Source: Macrostomum lignano (Eukaryota). From it: DNA of 64,000 nucleotides. Each line of letters starts with the position of its first letter. The first letter of the stretch is position 1. This document shows positions 1-11,500 of this stretch, piece after piece. Position numbers and translations under genes: made by a program. The stretch lies in assembly GCA_002269645.1 (NCBI GenBank), contig NIVC01002987.1, forward strand, positions 1 through 64,000. The letters run 5' to 3'. Under the pieces are notes generated by a model. That model did not search any database, was not told the DNA's origin, and was given only the letters and a program-made list of their open reading frames with translations.

Positions 1-760
1 GAGAGAGCAGCAAGGAGAGAGGTCAAAGTCAAGAGGACGAAACTCTGTCTAGGGAGCAGGCCCAATCTAGCTCAGCCAATGAGAGAGCAGCAAGGAGAGA
101 GGTCAAAAGTCAAGAGGACGAAACTCCGCCTAGGGGACAGGCCCCAATCTATGCTCAGCCAGTGAGAGAGCAGTAAGGAGAGAGGTCAAATTCAAAAGGA
201 CGAAACTCTGTCTAGGAGCAGACCAATCTAGCTCAGCCAATGAGAGAGCAGCAAGGAGAGAGGTCAAAGTCAAGAGGACGAAACTCCGCCTAGGGGACAG
301 GCCCCAATCTAGCTCAGCCAGTGAGAGGCAGTAAGGAGAGAGGTCAAATTCAAAAGCGACGAAACTCTGTCTACGGGAGCAGGCCAATCTAGCTCAGCCA
401 ATGAGAGAGCAGCAAGGAGAGAGGTCAAAGTCAGAGGACGAAACTCTGTCTAGGGAGCAGGCCCAATCTAGCTCAGCCGAATGAGAGAGCAGCAAGGAGA
501 GAGGTCAAAGTCAAGAGACGAAACTCTGTCTGGGAGCAGGCCCAATCTAGCTCAGCCAATGAGAGAGCAGCAAGGAGAGAGCGTCAAAGTCAAGAGGACG
601 AAAACTCTGTCTAGGGAGCAGGCCAATCTAGCCTCAGCCAATGAGAGAGCAGCAAGGAGAGAGGTCAAAGTCAAAGGACGAAACTCTGTCTAGGGAGCAG
701 GCCAATCTAGCCTCACCAATGAGAGAGCACTTAAGAGAGATAGAGGTCAAAGTCAGACAC
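1..760. repeat. ~80-bp tandem repeat, ~9 copies, truncated by window start
   Basis: Unit GAGAGAGCAGCAAGGAGAGAGGTCAAAGTCAAGAGGACGAAACTCTGTCTAGGGAGCAGGCCCAATCTAGCTCAGCCAAT restarts at 1, 81 and onward. Copies differ by scattered 1-bp indels. ORFs 130-387, 481-693 and 641-967 are read-throughs. Confidence 0.95.
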
Positions 761-1861
761 AAAGCGCGTCAAGAGAAAGCCGGCCTGGCTTTCTTGACCT
801 GGCTGGGGGACTTGGGGCCACCCTTTTCTCTTGCTCGCTACGCTCACGTACTTAATTTGGGGTGCAGCTTCAAACAGAGTAAAGATGCTAATTTGATGGG
901 TCTGCTTGTAGAAGCCTTAAAGAAGCATTTATTGTATTTATCAGCAAAGATGAAACTTAGTAAGTAAATAAATATTCGCGAAAGATTAGGCAGTGACACA
1001 TTGAAAAAAGCGTCTTATATTTTGTACTTATATTACAGTTTATATTACGTCTTATATTTTCTTACTCTCTCGTACCCTTTCTTAGTCTTCGCAAAGTTTT
1101 CCTTAGTCACGTTATTGGTCGTCGTGTTTGCTTTCCCGGAATTCTTGTCCAGTTACTATCCATTGCAAGGGTCCTGGTGACCTATTTTTATTTATTTTCT
1201 GTTTCTCTCTCATGACACTAACACACAAATTATTAAGATAAGCATTAGCTTTAGTAGACTATCAAAATTTCCCCCCATTTTAACTACTGAATGTGCTCAT
1301 CTATAAATACGTATATATGCCTACTACGTACCAAATTCCATACCATATTCGCTTTATCAACCTCTGTCCCACTCTCTGAACTGTCTCACCTTATCTCCCT
1401 TTGCCGATCCAAATTTGCAATTGATCGGGCATTTCTTTTGCTTTGATACGCAGCTCTGGATTGAATTTCCTCTGTTGCTGTGTTGTATCAATTTGTGTTG
1501 TGTTTTTTCTGCTGTAACCGCTTCTTAATGTATTTATTTTATGTACTTGACTGATTTCATCGCCCTAAAGGTTTTGCATAGTGTCGCAAACTTTATAATT
1601 AATTTAATAAGTGGATGCCGCATATGTGCGTTTTTTATATCTACATCGCTAGTTGTTATCATTTCTATATGTAGTATTTAATATTATAATTTTTATCTAG
1701 TGCTTGTGTATTCCTGTGGTGCACCTGGTATAAAAAATGCATTAACAAAATTAAATATCGTTGGTAAATCGTCTTTCTTATGTTTATTATTATCGACTAT
1801 CGATAGGTAAAAAATCGATTTTAGTAAGGCTCTACAATTGGATGCCAAACATTTTTAACTG

Positions 1862-2148
1862 CCGACACCCCACCCCAGCCAACCCCAACCCCAGCCAACC
1901 CTAACCCCACCCCAGCCAACCCAACCCCAGCCAACCCTAACCCCACCCCAGCCAACCCCAACCCCAGCCAACCCTAACCCACCCCAGCCAACCCCAACCC
2001 CAGCCAACCCTAACCCCACCCCAGCCAACCCTAACCCCACCCCAGCCAACCCTAACCCCACCCCAGCCAACCCAACCCAGCCAACCCTAACCCCACCCCA
2101 GCCAACCCCAACCCCAGCCAACCCTAACCCCACCCCAGCCAACCCTAA
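1862..2148. repeat. C-rich minisatellite (CCCCAGCCAACCCTAACCCCA-type, ~18-21 bp) containing CCCTAA hexamers
   Basis: Direct reading. ORF 1855-2142 (GLAGVGL repeats) is its translation. Confidence 0.9.
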
Positions 2149-2163
2149 CTAAGCTATACTTTT

Positions 2164-5100
2164 TTGCCTTCTCGTAGAAGTAAAATTTTCCTATGTTTCC
2201 TTTTCTGTCAATCCAAATTCAAACTGGAGCAGCTACCAAAAACGAAGCGACGCTTGGATAGCGCCAATTCGAGCGCCGAACCAGAGCAGCAGCCAAAAAA
2301 GAAGCAGCACTTGGATAGCGCCAATTCGAGCGCCGAACCAGAGCAGCAGCCAAAAAAGAAGCAGCGCTTGGATAGCGCTGGCTCTAGCGCCGAGCCATCT
2401 TCGTCAACTTCGACATCGCCAACCCAACCGCTGATGGAATTCAGCTACGCGTCGGCTTCAGTTGAAGAGTTTCGTTTTGCCGACAAGCGAGTCCGTTTGT
2501 TGACTAAAAAGTGAAAGATTTGCTGCCCGATGGCCGGTGCGTCATCTATTGGATGTCGCGAGATCAGCGCGTTCAAGGTAAATTGAATTGAAGCATTCTG
2601 TGTCACGTGACAGTGTTATTATCAGTACACAGAAACATTTGCTAGCAATGGTGGGGGAGCATATACAATGCGCAGATGAAAATAAGCCAATAGGAAGTAA
2701 TACTACTGAATTAAACAGTAGCTTATTAGCGTTTTAAGTGATTTATAGCCGAATCAAAAATGCAAATAATCAATAATCAAAGCCTATTTCAAAATCAAGT
2801 AGTGTTTTTATCAACAGTGCATTTGAGATCTTTAGGATTTATTCAAGCATTCTTTTCCTTCAAGCTGCCGGAGCACTCTCTTCTCTCCCCTCTCTCCCCT
2901 CACCTCTTTTCACTCTCCTCTCTCATCTCCCCATCTCCCTCCCTCCCCTCCTCTCCCTCCCCTCCTCTCCCCTCCTCTCCCCTTATCTCACTTCTCTCTC
3001 ATCTCCCTCTCTCCTCTCTCCCCTTCTCTCCTCTTCTCTCTCTTGATTGCCTCTCTTCTCTCCCCTCTGTCTCCCGCAGTCATGCGCTTGATTCTATATC
3101 CGGCCCTTAAATTACATAGGTTTGCCGACCGCGCCGGCTGGATGGGCTTTTGAGATATCTTCTCAGGCTTTGTTTTAACCCATGGAGTTCTATTAATAGC
3201 ATCTAAAGATAGATATTATGTTCTTATAGAGGTTGAAACATATCCGCTTATCCCCGCAGACAACTGGGCTCTAATCCACGCCCAACGACTGGCCCTGCGC
3301 TCACGACTGCCTTTGTGCGTCGCTTTCAACTTGGTGCCGAAGTTTCTCGACGCCACAATTCGCCAATTCGACTTCCTGCTGCGCGCCCTTGAACACGTCG
3401 AGACCGAATGCCGACGGCTGGACATCGACTTCCGCCTGCTGACCGGCCAGCCAGTCGATAATCTGCCTCGAATGGTTCGCGACCTGTCAGCTGCCGCTCT
3501 GGTCGCTGATTTCAGCCCGCTGCGCGTGCCGCTCAACTGGGCGAATTCTGTAGCCGCTAAACTGCCGACCGGGGTGCCGATGTACCAGGTGGATGCGCAC
3601 AATATTGTGCCAGTCTGGCTAGCCTCGGACAAGCTCGAATACGCGGCTAGAACTATACGGCCCAAGATTCATCGCTACCTGGGCGAATATCTGACCGAAT
3701 TCCCGCGCATTGAACGGCATCCGTATCGGCTGCCGGAGGCCGACCGGGCCAAGCCGGTTAATTGGAAAGCTGCCAGAGACAGTCTGGAGGTTGGTGCTCA
3801 ATATTCTGCATCAACAGCCCCATTACACTTTCATCTGCCATTTTATCTACTAATAAGTCTGATAGATTGGCCAGAAATGTGCCGATGCTGGGCTACTGTG
3901 TGGGGCAGTTAACAAAAGCGTTACGGCAGTGTAAAACCGGAGCAGTTATGCTGCTTTTATACTGATCCTATATATCCATTTGTCCATTGGCTTGTGGCGA
4001 TTGCCTACTTACCTACCTACCTACCTACTTACCTATTGTACCTACCTACCTACATATTCGTATCTACTTACCTACTTACTTATCTACCTACCACCTACCC
4101 ACCTACCCACCTACTCCTACCCCTCCCTATTCTACTTACTTACCTACCTACCTTCCTGTCATAAATATTTTCTATTCAGATGCCAATTGGCTCCGTGATA
4201 ATCCAGAAAACCCATTATATGAGATATGAATTTGGGAGTAGGGAGCCATTTACTCGTGGGGCGCAAGCGTATAGTTTTTGTCATCACTGTACATGAACAA
4301 AATTGTTGACACAGCCAGCGAGGAACCAAACAGTCATGCCCAATCACACAAGATGAATGTGGCCGCCCATGGAATCGAACGCAAGATATTTGGGTTATGC
4401 TAAGCTGCTCTGCCCCCACCTCTCTATCCTCATGCCCAGGTGAACATGTCGGTGCTGCCAGTGAAGTGGGCCGAGCCTGGCCCAGTCGGGGCCAGCCGGA
4501 CCCTTGCGGAATTTTTGCAGCGTCGGCTTCGATTGTTTGCCACCGGCCGCAACGATCCGAATGTGGCCGCGCTTAGCAACCTGTCGCCATGGCTGCACTT
4601 TGGCCAAATCAGCGCTCAGCGTTGCGCTTTCGAAGCTAAGAAAGTGAGTCGGATTGGAGAGATCCGTCATCTGTTCTTAGAGATCCGTCATCTGTTCTTA
4701 GAGATCCGTCACCTGTTCTTAGAGATCCGTCACCTGTTCTTAGAGATCTTTCACCTGTTCTTAGAGATCTGTCACCTGTTCTTTGAGATCTGTCACCTGT
4801 TCTTAGAGATCCGTCACCTGTTCTTAGAGATCCGTCACCTGTTCTTTGAGATCTGTCACCTGTTCTTAGAGATCCTTCATCTGTTCTTTGAGATCTGTCA
4901 CCTGTTCTTTGAGATCCGTCACCTGTTCTTTGAGATCAGTCATCTGTTCTTTGAGATCTGTCACCTGTTCTTTGAGATCCGTCACCTGTTCTTTGAGATC
5001 AGTCACCTGTTCTTTGAGATCCGTCACCTGTTCTTTGAGATCAGTCATCTGTTCTTTGAGATCTGTCACCTGTTCTTTGAGATCCGTCACCTGTTCTTTG

Positions 5101-7509
5101 AGATCCGTCACCTGTTCTTTGAGATCAGTCACCTGTTCTTTGAGATCCGTCACCTGTTCTTTGAGATCAGTCATCTGTTCTTTGAGATCTGTCACCTGTT
5201 CTTTGAGATCCGTCACCTGTTCTTTGAGATCAGTCACCTGTTCTTTGAGATCCGTCACCTGTTCTTTGAGATCCGTCACCTGTTCTTTGAGATCAGTCAT
5301 CTGTTCTTTGAGATCTGTCACCTGTTCTTTGAGATCTGTCACCTGTTCTTCGAGATCCGTCACCTGTTCTTAGAGATCCGTCACCTGTTCTTAGAGATCT
5401 GTCACCTGTTCTTTGAGATCTGTCACCTGTTCTTAGAGATCTGTCACCTGTTCTTAGAGATCCGTCACCTGTTCTTTGAGATCCGTCACCTGTTCTTTGA
5501 GATCCGTCTCTGTTCTTTGAGATCTGTCACCTGTTCTTAGAGATCCGTCATCTGTTCTTTGAGATCTGTGACCTGTTCTTAGAGATCCGTCACCTGTTCT
5601 TTGATATCTGTCACCTGTTCTTTGAGATCTGTCACCTTTTTTAGGATCTGCCACCTTTTCTTCTTGGAGAGATCTTGGAGACATTCTCTTCTTTAAAGAA
5701 GTGAAATGAAAAGTCGGTACTACTAAATGAAACCCATATACAAACGGTATTTGATCCTCTCCCCCTTCCTTCACCGCCAGTTCCGCCCGTCCCACAAAGA
5801 ATCAGTGGACGCCTTCATCGAAGAGTCCGTTGTCCGACGCGAATTAGCTGACAATTTCTGTCTGCACAATTCCAACTACGATTCACTTGAAGGCGCCTAT
5901 GATTGGGCGCGCGAAACTCTGCAGCGCCACTCCAGGGACGCACGGCCCTACCTGTACACCCGTCAGGAGCTGGAGGAGGGCCGGACTCACGACCGGCTGT
6001 GGAACGCCGCCCAGCTGCAGATGGTTCGCGAGGCCAAAATGCACGGCTACTTGCGCATGTACTGGGCCAAGAAGATTCTGGAGTGGACGGAGTCGCCCGC
6101 CGAGGCGCTGTCTATTTCTATCTACTTGAATGACAAGTACAATTTGGATGGCCGAGATCCTAATGGCTACGTTGGTTAGTGCAAATTTATTATGGCTCAT
6201 TGCATGTTATAAGCAGTTTTATTATTCACTACTACCAGTCCTATGTTCATTATGGGCACTTGGGTAGTCACTATGACCATTTGGGTATTCAGTCACTATG
6301 ACCATTAGGGTAGTCAGTCACTATGACCACTAGGGTATTCAGTCACTATGAGCATTAGGGTAGTCAGTCACTATGACCATTTGGGTATTCAGTCACTATG
6401 ACCATTAGGGTAGTCAGTCACTATGACCACTAGGGTATTCAGTCACTATGAGCATTAGGGTAGTCAGTCACTATGACCATAGGGTAGTCAGTCACTATGA
6501 CCATTAGGGTAGTCAGTCACTATGACCATTAGGGTAGTCAGTCACTATGACCATTAGGGTAGTCAGTCACTATGACCATTAGGGTAGTCAGTCACTATGA
6601 CCATTAGGGTAGTCAGTCACTATGACCATTAGGGTAGTCAGTCACTATGACCATTAGTGTTAGTCAGTCACTATGACCATTAGGGTAGTCAGTCACTATG
6701 ACCATTAGTGTTAGTCAGCTACTATGACCAGTCGGGTAGACACTATGACCATTAGGGTAGTCAGTCACTATGACCATTAGGGTAGTCAGTCACTATGACC
6801 AGTCGGGTAGACACTATGACCATTAGGGTAGGCAGACACTATGAGCATTAGGGTAGTCAGCTACTATGACCAGTCGGGTAGACACTATGACCATTAGGGT
6901 AGGCAGACACTATGAGCATTAGGGTAGTCAGCTACTATGACCAGTCGGGCAGACACTATGACCATTAGAGTAGTCAGTCACTATGACCATTAGAGTAGTC
7001 AGTCACTATGACCATTAGGGTAGTCAGTCACTATGACCATTAGGGTAGTCAGACACTATGACCATTAGGGTAGTCAGTCACTATGACCATTAGGGTAGTC
7101 AGCTACTATGACCAGTCGGGTAGTCACTATGACCATTAGGGTAGTCAGTCACTATGACCATTAGGGTAGTCAGTCACTATGACCATTAGGGTAGTCAGAC
7201 ACTATGACCAGTCGGGTATATTAATGCTGGAGTGAAGCTATCCAATAAACCCACCCCGCAGGCTGCATGTGGTCAATCTGCGGCGTGCACGATCAGGGCT
7301 GGGGTGAGCGGGCCGTGTTTGGCAAGATTCGCTACATGAACTACGATGGCTGCAAGCGCAAATTTGACGTAGAGAAATTCAGCACCCTCTACTGCGGAGC
7401 TGGCCCGGCCGCGGGGTCTTCCCGGCCATCTACTAGCAAAGCTGGCGACAAGAAGCAGCAATCTACACTGCTCAAGTATTTGTCCAAGCCTAAAAATAAG
7501 AAGCGCTGA
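2164..7509 (+). CDS. phr: Class II CPD photolyase (deoxyribodipyrimidine photo-lyase), 5 exons, apparent 1-nt frameshift at ~2510
   Basis: Exons <2164..2577, 3260..3789, 4440..4643, 5781..6174, 7262..7509, all GT-AG and phase-compatible. Class II motifs: [11 protein letters not shown]|[85 protein letters not shown]|[31 protein letters not shown]. Start codon not resolved. Confidence 0.93.
2878..3075. repeat. CT-rich low-complexity tract in photolyase intron 1
   Basis: Near-pure polypyrimidine (CTC/CCT/CTCT). Confidence 0.85.
4005..4155. repeat. Degenerate (CCTA)n microsatellite in photolyase intron 2
   Basis: cctacttacctacctacctacc run. Confidence 0.85.
4657..5640. repeat. 21-bp minisatellite GAGATCCGTCACCTGTTCTTT filling photolyase intron 3
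   Basis: More than 40 copies. Explains the EIRHLFF, TDLKEQV and RSVTCSL ORFs. Confidence 0.97.
6255..7215. repeat. 25-bp minisatellite AGGGTAGTCAGTCACTATGACCATT filling photolyase intron 4
   Basis: Period 25 at 6481, 6506, 6531. Variant units contain CCAGTCGGGTAGAC. Confidence 0.97.
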
Positions 7510-7899
7510 TTGCAAAAATCGAAGCTGACTACTACTCGTAATCAGTAGTACTACATGCGATTTATTATTTCTATTAAAATGCTAGTGATGCATTTTCTGT
7601 TTATTTTGCGAGCTACAAAGACAATTCTCATTACTACTCTAAGCAATCTCCAAATGCATTGTTAAATATAGCATTGACTGTGCCAGTTGTGCACCTTACT
7701 AACTTCAATGTTCAACACCTATTCATTTGCAGTTAATCTCGTGCGTTTGTATGCGTATGTAAATATTGCGTATGTTTTTTGTTTTGTTTGCACTTTTTAA
7801 TTTCAAATAAATATGCGTTTGTCTTTGTTTTTCTATTCTTGTTTTTGTAGAAAAATTGCTTACTTAGAAAGGAGACTAAAGGGTGTTTGACAAGGTAGA

Positions 7900-8369
7900 T
7901 AGTGGGCATTCAGTGAAGAAGATGGGAGTAGTAAGTGAGGCAGATAGTGGGTATTCAGGGAGGGAGATTGTGGGTATTCAGTGAGGGAGATGTGGGTATT
8001 TAGTGAGGGAGATAGCGGGTGTTCAGTGAGGGAGATAGCGGGTGTTCAGTGAGGGAGATAGCGGGTGTTCAGTGAGGGAGATAGCGGGTGTTCAGTGAGG
8101 GAGATAGCGGTGTGTTCAGTGAGGGAGATAGCGGGTGTTCAGTGAGGGAGATAGCGGGTGTTCAGTGAGGGAGATAGCGGGTGTTCAGTGAGGGAGATAG
8201 CGGGTGTTCAGTGAGGGAGATAGCGGGTGTTCAGTGAGGGAGATAGCGGGTGTTCAGTGAGGGAGATAGCGGGTGTTCAGTGAGGGAGATAGCGGGTGTT
8301 CAGTGAGGGAGATAGCGGGTGTTCAGTGAGGGAGATAGCGGGTGTTCAGTGAGGGAGATAGCGGGTGTT
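7900..8369. repeat. 23-bp minisatellite GGTGTTCAGTGAGGGAGATAGCG (intergenic)
   Basis: Near-perfect from ~8010; diverged copies upstream. Confidence 0.95.
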
Positions 8370-8583
8370 CATATGTTCAGAGTTAATTTGCAAACTGTAC
8401 AGTCTACATCAATGACCTATTTCCGTTACAAACCACTTCCGCCACCACCAGCAGCAGCAGCAGCAGCAGCACAATTCGTCAGCCGCAGTGCAGAGGCCGC
8501 CGCAGCCGGCTGCTGTGCTGGCAGGCCGCGCCAGACGCTGCGTATCACCGCCTCCCGGTGATTACTCCTCTTCTAACTCCTTG

Positions 8584-11500
8584 ATGTGGCTTCAGAATCC
8601 CGGCATGATGCAGCACCAACAGCAGCAGCAATTCCAGCAGCAGCAGATGCAGCAACACCTGCAGCAGCAGCAATTAGGTCACGTCCCGGCCGATTGTCTG
8701 ATTTCTTACGGCGGCAGTCGCTCGCTGAACCCGTCGCCGCAGCAGTCGCCGCGCCCGTTGCAACGCTGCGGCTCGCTGAGCTCCCTGCTCGACCCCAGCA
8801 TAGAGTTGCCCAACTTCAGCGCACTAGATGTTCAAGACGTGCTGTGCTGTGCAGCTCACGATCAGCCTGAGCCGCCGCATTCTCAGCAAGTTAGTAACCA
8901 GCGTCCAGCCGCGCCGCAATGGGCTATGGTTGACCCGTTCGCCGGCCTAGGCGAATCCGTGCTAGTCGACTCGCTCATCGACGCCCCGTTCCCGTCTGGC
9001 GGCTCCGTGCTGTTCGGCAATCCCAGTCTGGCCAGCTGCGCCCAGCTGACCGCGCCGGCTTTCGACACCCAGCTGCGCCGATTAGATCCCGTCAACCTTA
9101 TCCTGCCCAGGCCGCAGGTGCACGCCCAAGGCGATCTGGCTGGTTGCTTCCATCAGCCTATGATGCTGCGCTGCTATCGGCCTTCCTCAATAGCCGGAGG
9201 CGGCGGCGGCGACACCGAAGGTGACGGCGAGTCGACCTCGTCGGCGTTGTCCTTCCCTACTAGCGAGTCGCGCTCCTACGCAAGCGCCACTTCTGCTCCG
9301 TTGTTCGCTTGGCGAGTCGGCGGCGGCGGTGTCGGCTACGTCTGCAGCGAGGACGGCGACGCAGTGGCAGCTGCCGGAGTCGACAGGGATCGTCGGGCGC
9401 CGGCGGCCGCGGCTGCTGCATCCTCCTCTATGCAGCAGTCGCGGAGTCGCAATCTGTCACTTGATGCCAGCTTTAGCCGCGACTTGCCCTGTTTTCATCC
9501 AGTGCGTGGATCCATAGGATTTAGATTTGCTGGGACTATAGATCTGCTGGGATTTTAGATCTGCTGGGATTTTAGATCTGCTGGGATTTTAGATCTGCTG
9601 GGATTTTAGATCTGCTGGGATTATAGATTTGCTGGGATTATAGATCTGCTGGGATTATAGATCTGCTAGGATTATAGATCTGCTGGGATTTTAGATCTGC
9701 TGGGATTATGGATCTGCTGGGATTTTAGATCTGCTGGGATTATGGATCCGCTGGGATTATAGATCTGCTGGGATTATGGATCTGCTGGGATTATAGATCT
9801 GCTGGGATTATGGATCTGCTGGGATTATAGATCTGCTGGGATTTTAGATCTGCTGGGATTATAGATCTGCTGGGATTATAGATCTGCTGGGATTATATAT
9901 CTGCTGGGATTATAGATCTGCTGGAATTATAGATCTGCTGGGATTATATAGATCTGCTGGGATTATAGATCTGCTGGGATTATATATCTGCTGGGATTAT
10001 AGATCTGCTGGAATTATAGATCTGCTGGGATTTTAGATCTGCTGGGATTATAGATCTGCTGGGATTATAGATCTGCTGGGATTATAGATCTGCTGGGATT
10101 ATAGATCTGCTGGGATTATGGATCTGCTGGGATTTTAGATCTGCTGGGATTATGGATCTGCTGGGATTATAGATCTGCTGGGATTATGGATCTGCTGGGA
10201 TTATAGATCTGCTGGGATTATGGATCTGCTGGGATTATAGATCTGCTGGGATTATAGATCTGCTGGGACTATAGATCTGCTGGGATTATAGATCTGCTGG
10301 GATTATGGATCTGCTGGGATTATAGATCTGCTGGGATTATAGATCTGCTGGGATTATAGATCTGCTGGGATTTTAGATCTGCTGGGATTATAGATCTGCT
10401 GGGATTATAGATCTGCTGGGATTATAGATCTGCTGGGATTATAGATCAATAGTGAGAATCACACTATTTTACAAGTATCATTCTACTTACATGTGTCTTC
10501 ATTAACCATTGTTTGTCAGACGGACGGGCTCACTTCGTTTGACCAGGAGTCCTCTGCAGCCGCTGCCGCTGCCGCTGCTGCCGCCGTCACTTCTCCAGCT
10601 ACCTCAGTGGGTGGCGCGGTTGCGGCTCCGCTGTTGAAGCGGCCGCTCTCCGAGTGCCCCATGAGTCGACGGCTGCTGATTGAACCGAACAAGTCTCAGC
10701 AGCAGCAGCAGCCGCAAGCAACGCAGCAGCCACCGCCTCCGCCGACCTCCGTGTTTGTCGCTTCTTCCGCTGCGAGTTTTTTCGAGTCGCAAGCGCCAAC
10801 GCCGACACCAGAGACGCCAACTCAGGCGACGGTGGCCGCGGTGGCATCAGCGTCAGCCGACTCCGTTGTCCTTGATCTGGTAGCCACCGATATTGCCAAC
10901 ACGTCGGCAGTTGCGCCGCCGGCTTCCAAGGAGGCCGCCGTCAAATCGGCGGCATCGCTGATTGAAGACGCCGACGCAACCCTGCTATTCTGCGATCATC
11001 CCGCCTGCTTAACGTCGGCTGTCGCATTTCCCAATGCTGAGCAGCTTCGCGAGCATCAGCTCAATGTTCACGACTATCTGTTCTGCGACTGGCCCGGCTG
11101 CGGCCGCGCCTTCCGCAGTCGCAAAGGCCTCAACAGGCACGTCAATTGTCAGCACTCGAAGCCGCTAACTTGCCCGCTCTGCTCGGCCCGTTACAGCGGC
11201 AGTCGGACCCATTTCGAACGGCATCTGTTGCACGGCCACCGGCGCTGGATGTGCCCGCACGCCGCCTGTACCGAGCTGTTCGCCTCCAAAGCCGAACGGG
11301 CGCGTCACGTTGCTGACCGGCATAGCAACACGCCCAAGGCCCAGCTGTCCTGTCCACTGTGCCCCTTCACTACTAATCATCAGCACGCGCTGCGCCGGCA
11401 CACAGACTGTCACTCTAGGCGGCATGTCTGTGCCCAGTGCGATCGGCACTTTCCCAGCCGGCGAGCCCTGGCCAGCCATCAGAGAATGCACCTGGCTGCT

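Noticed and set aside
4440-5795. Long ORFs 4440-5540, 4866-5363 and 4888-5373 (EIRHLFF; TDLKEQV coiled-coil-like)
   Set aside because: Read-through of a 21-bp intronic array. The real exon ends at a GTGAGT donor at 4644.
6255-10447. Regular repeats considered as CRISPR arrays
   Set aside because: No unique spacers, no cas genes, eukaryotic intron context.
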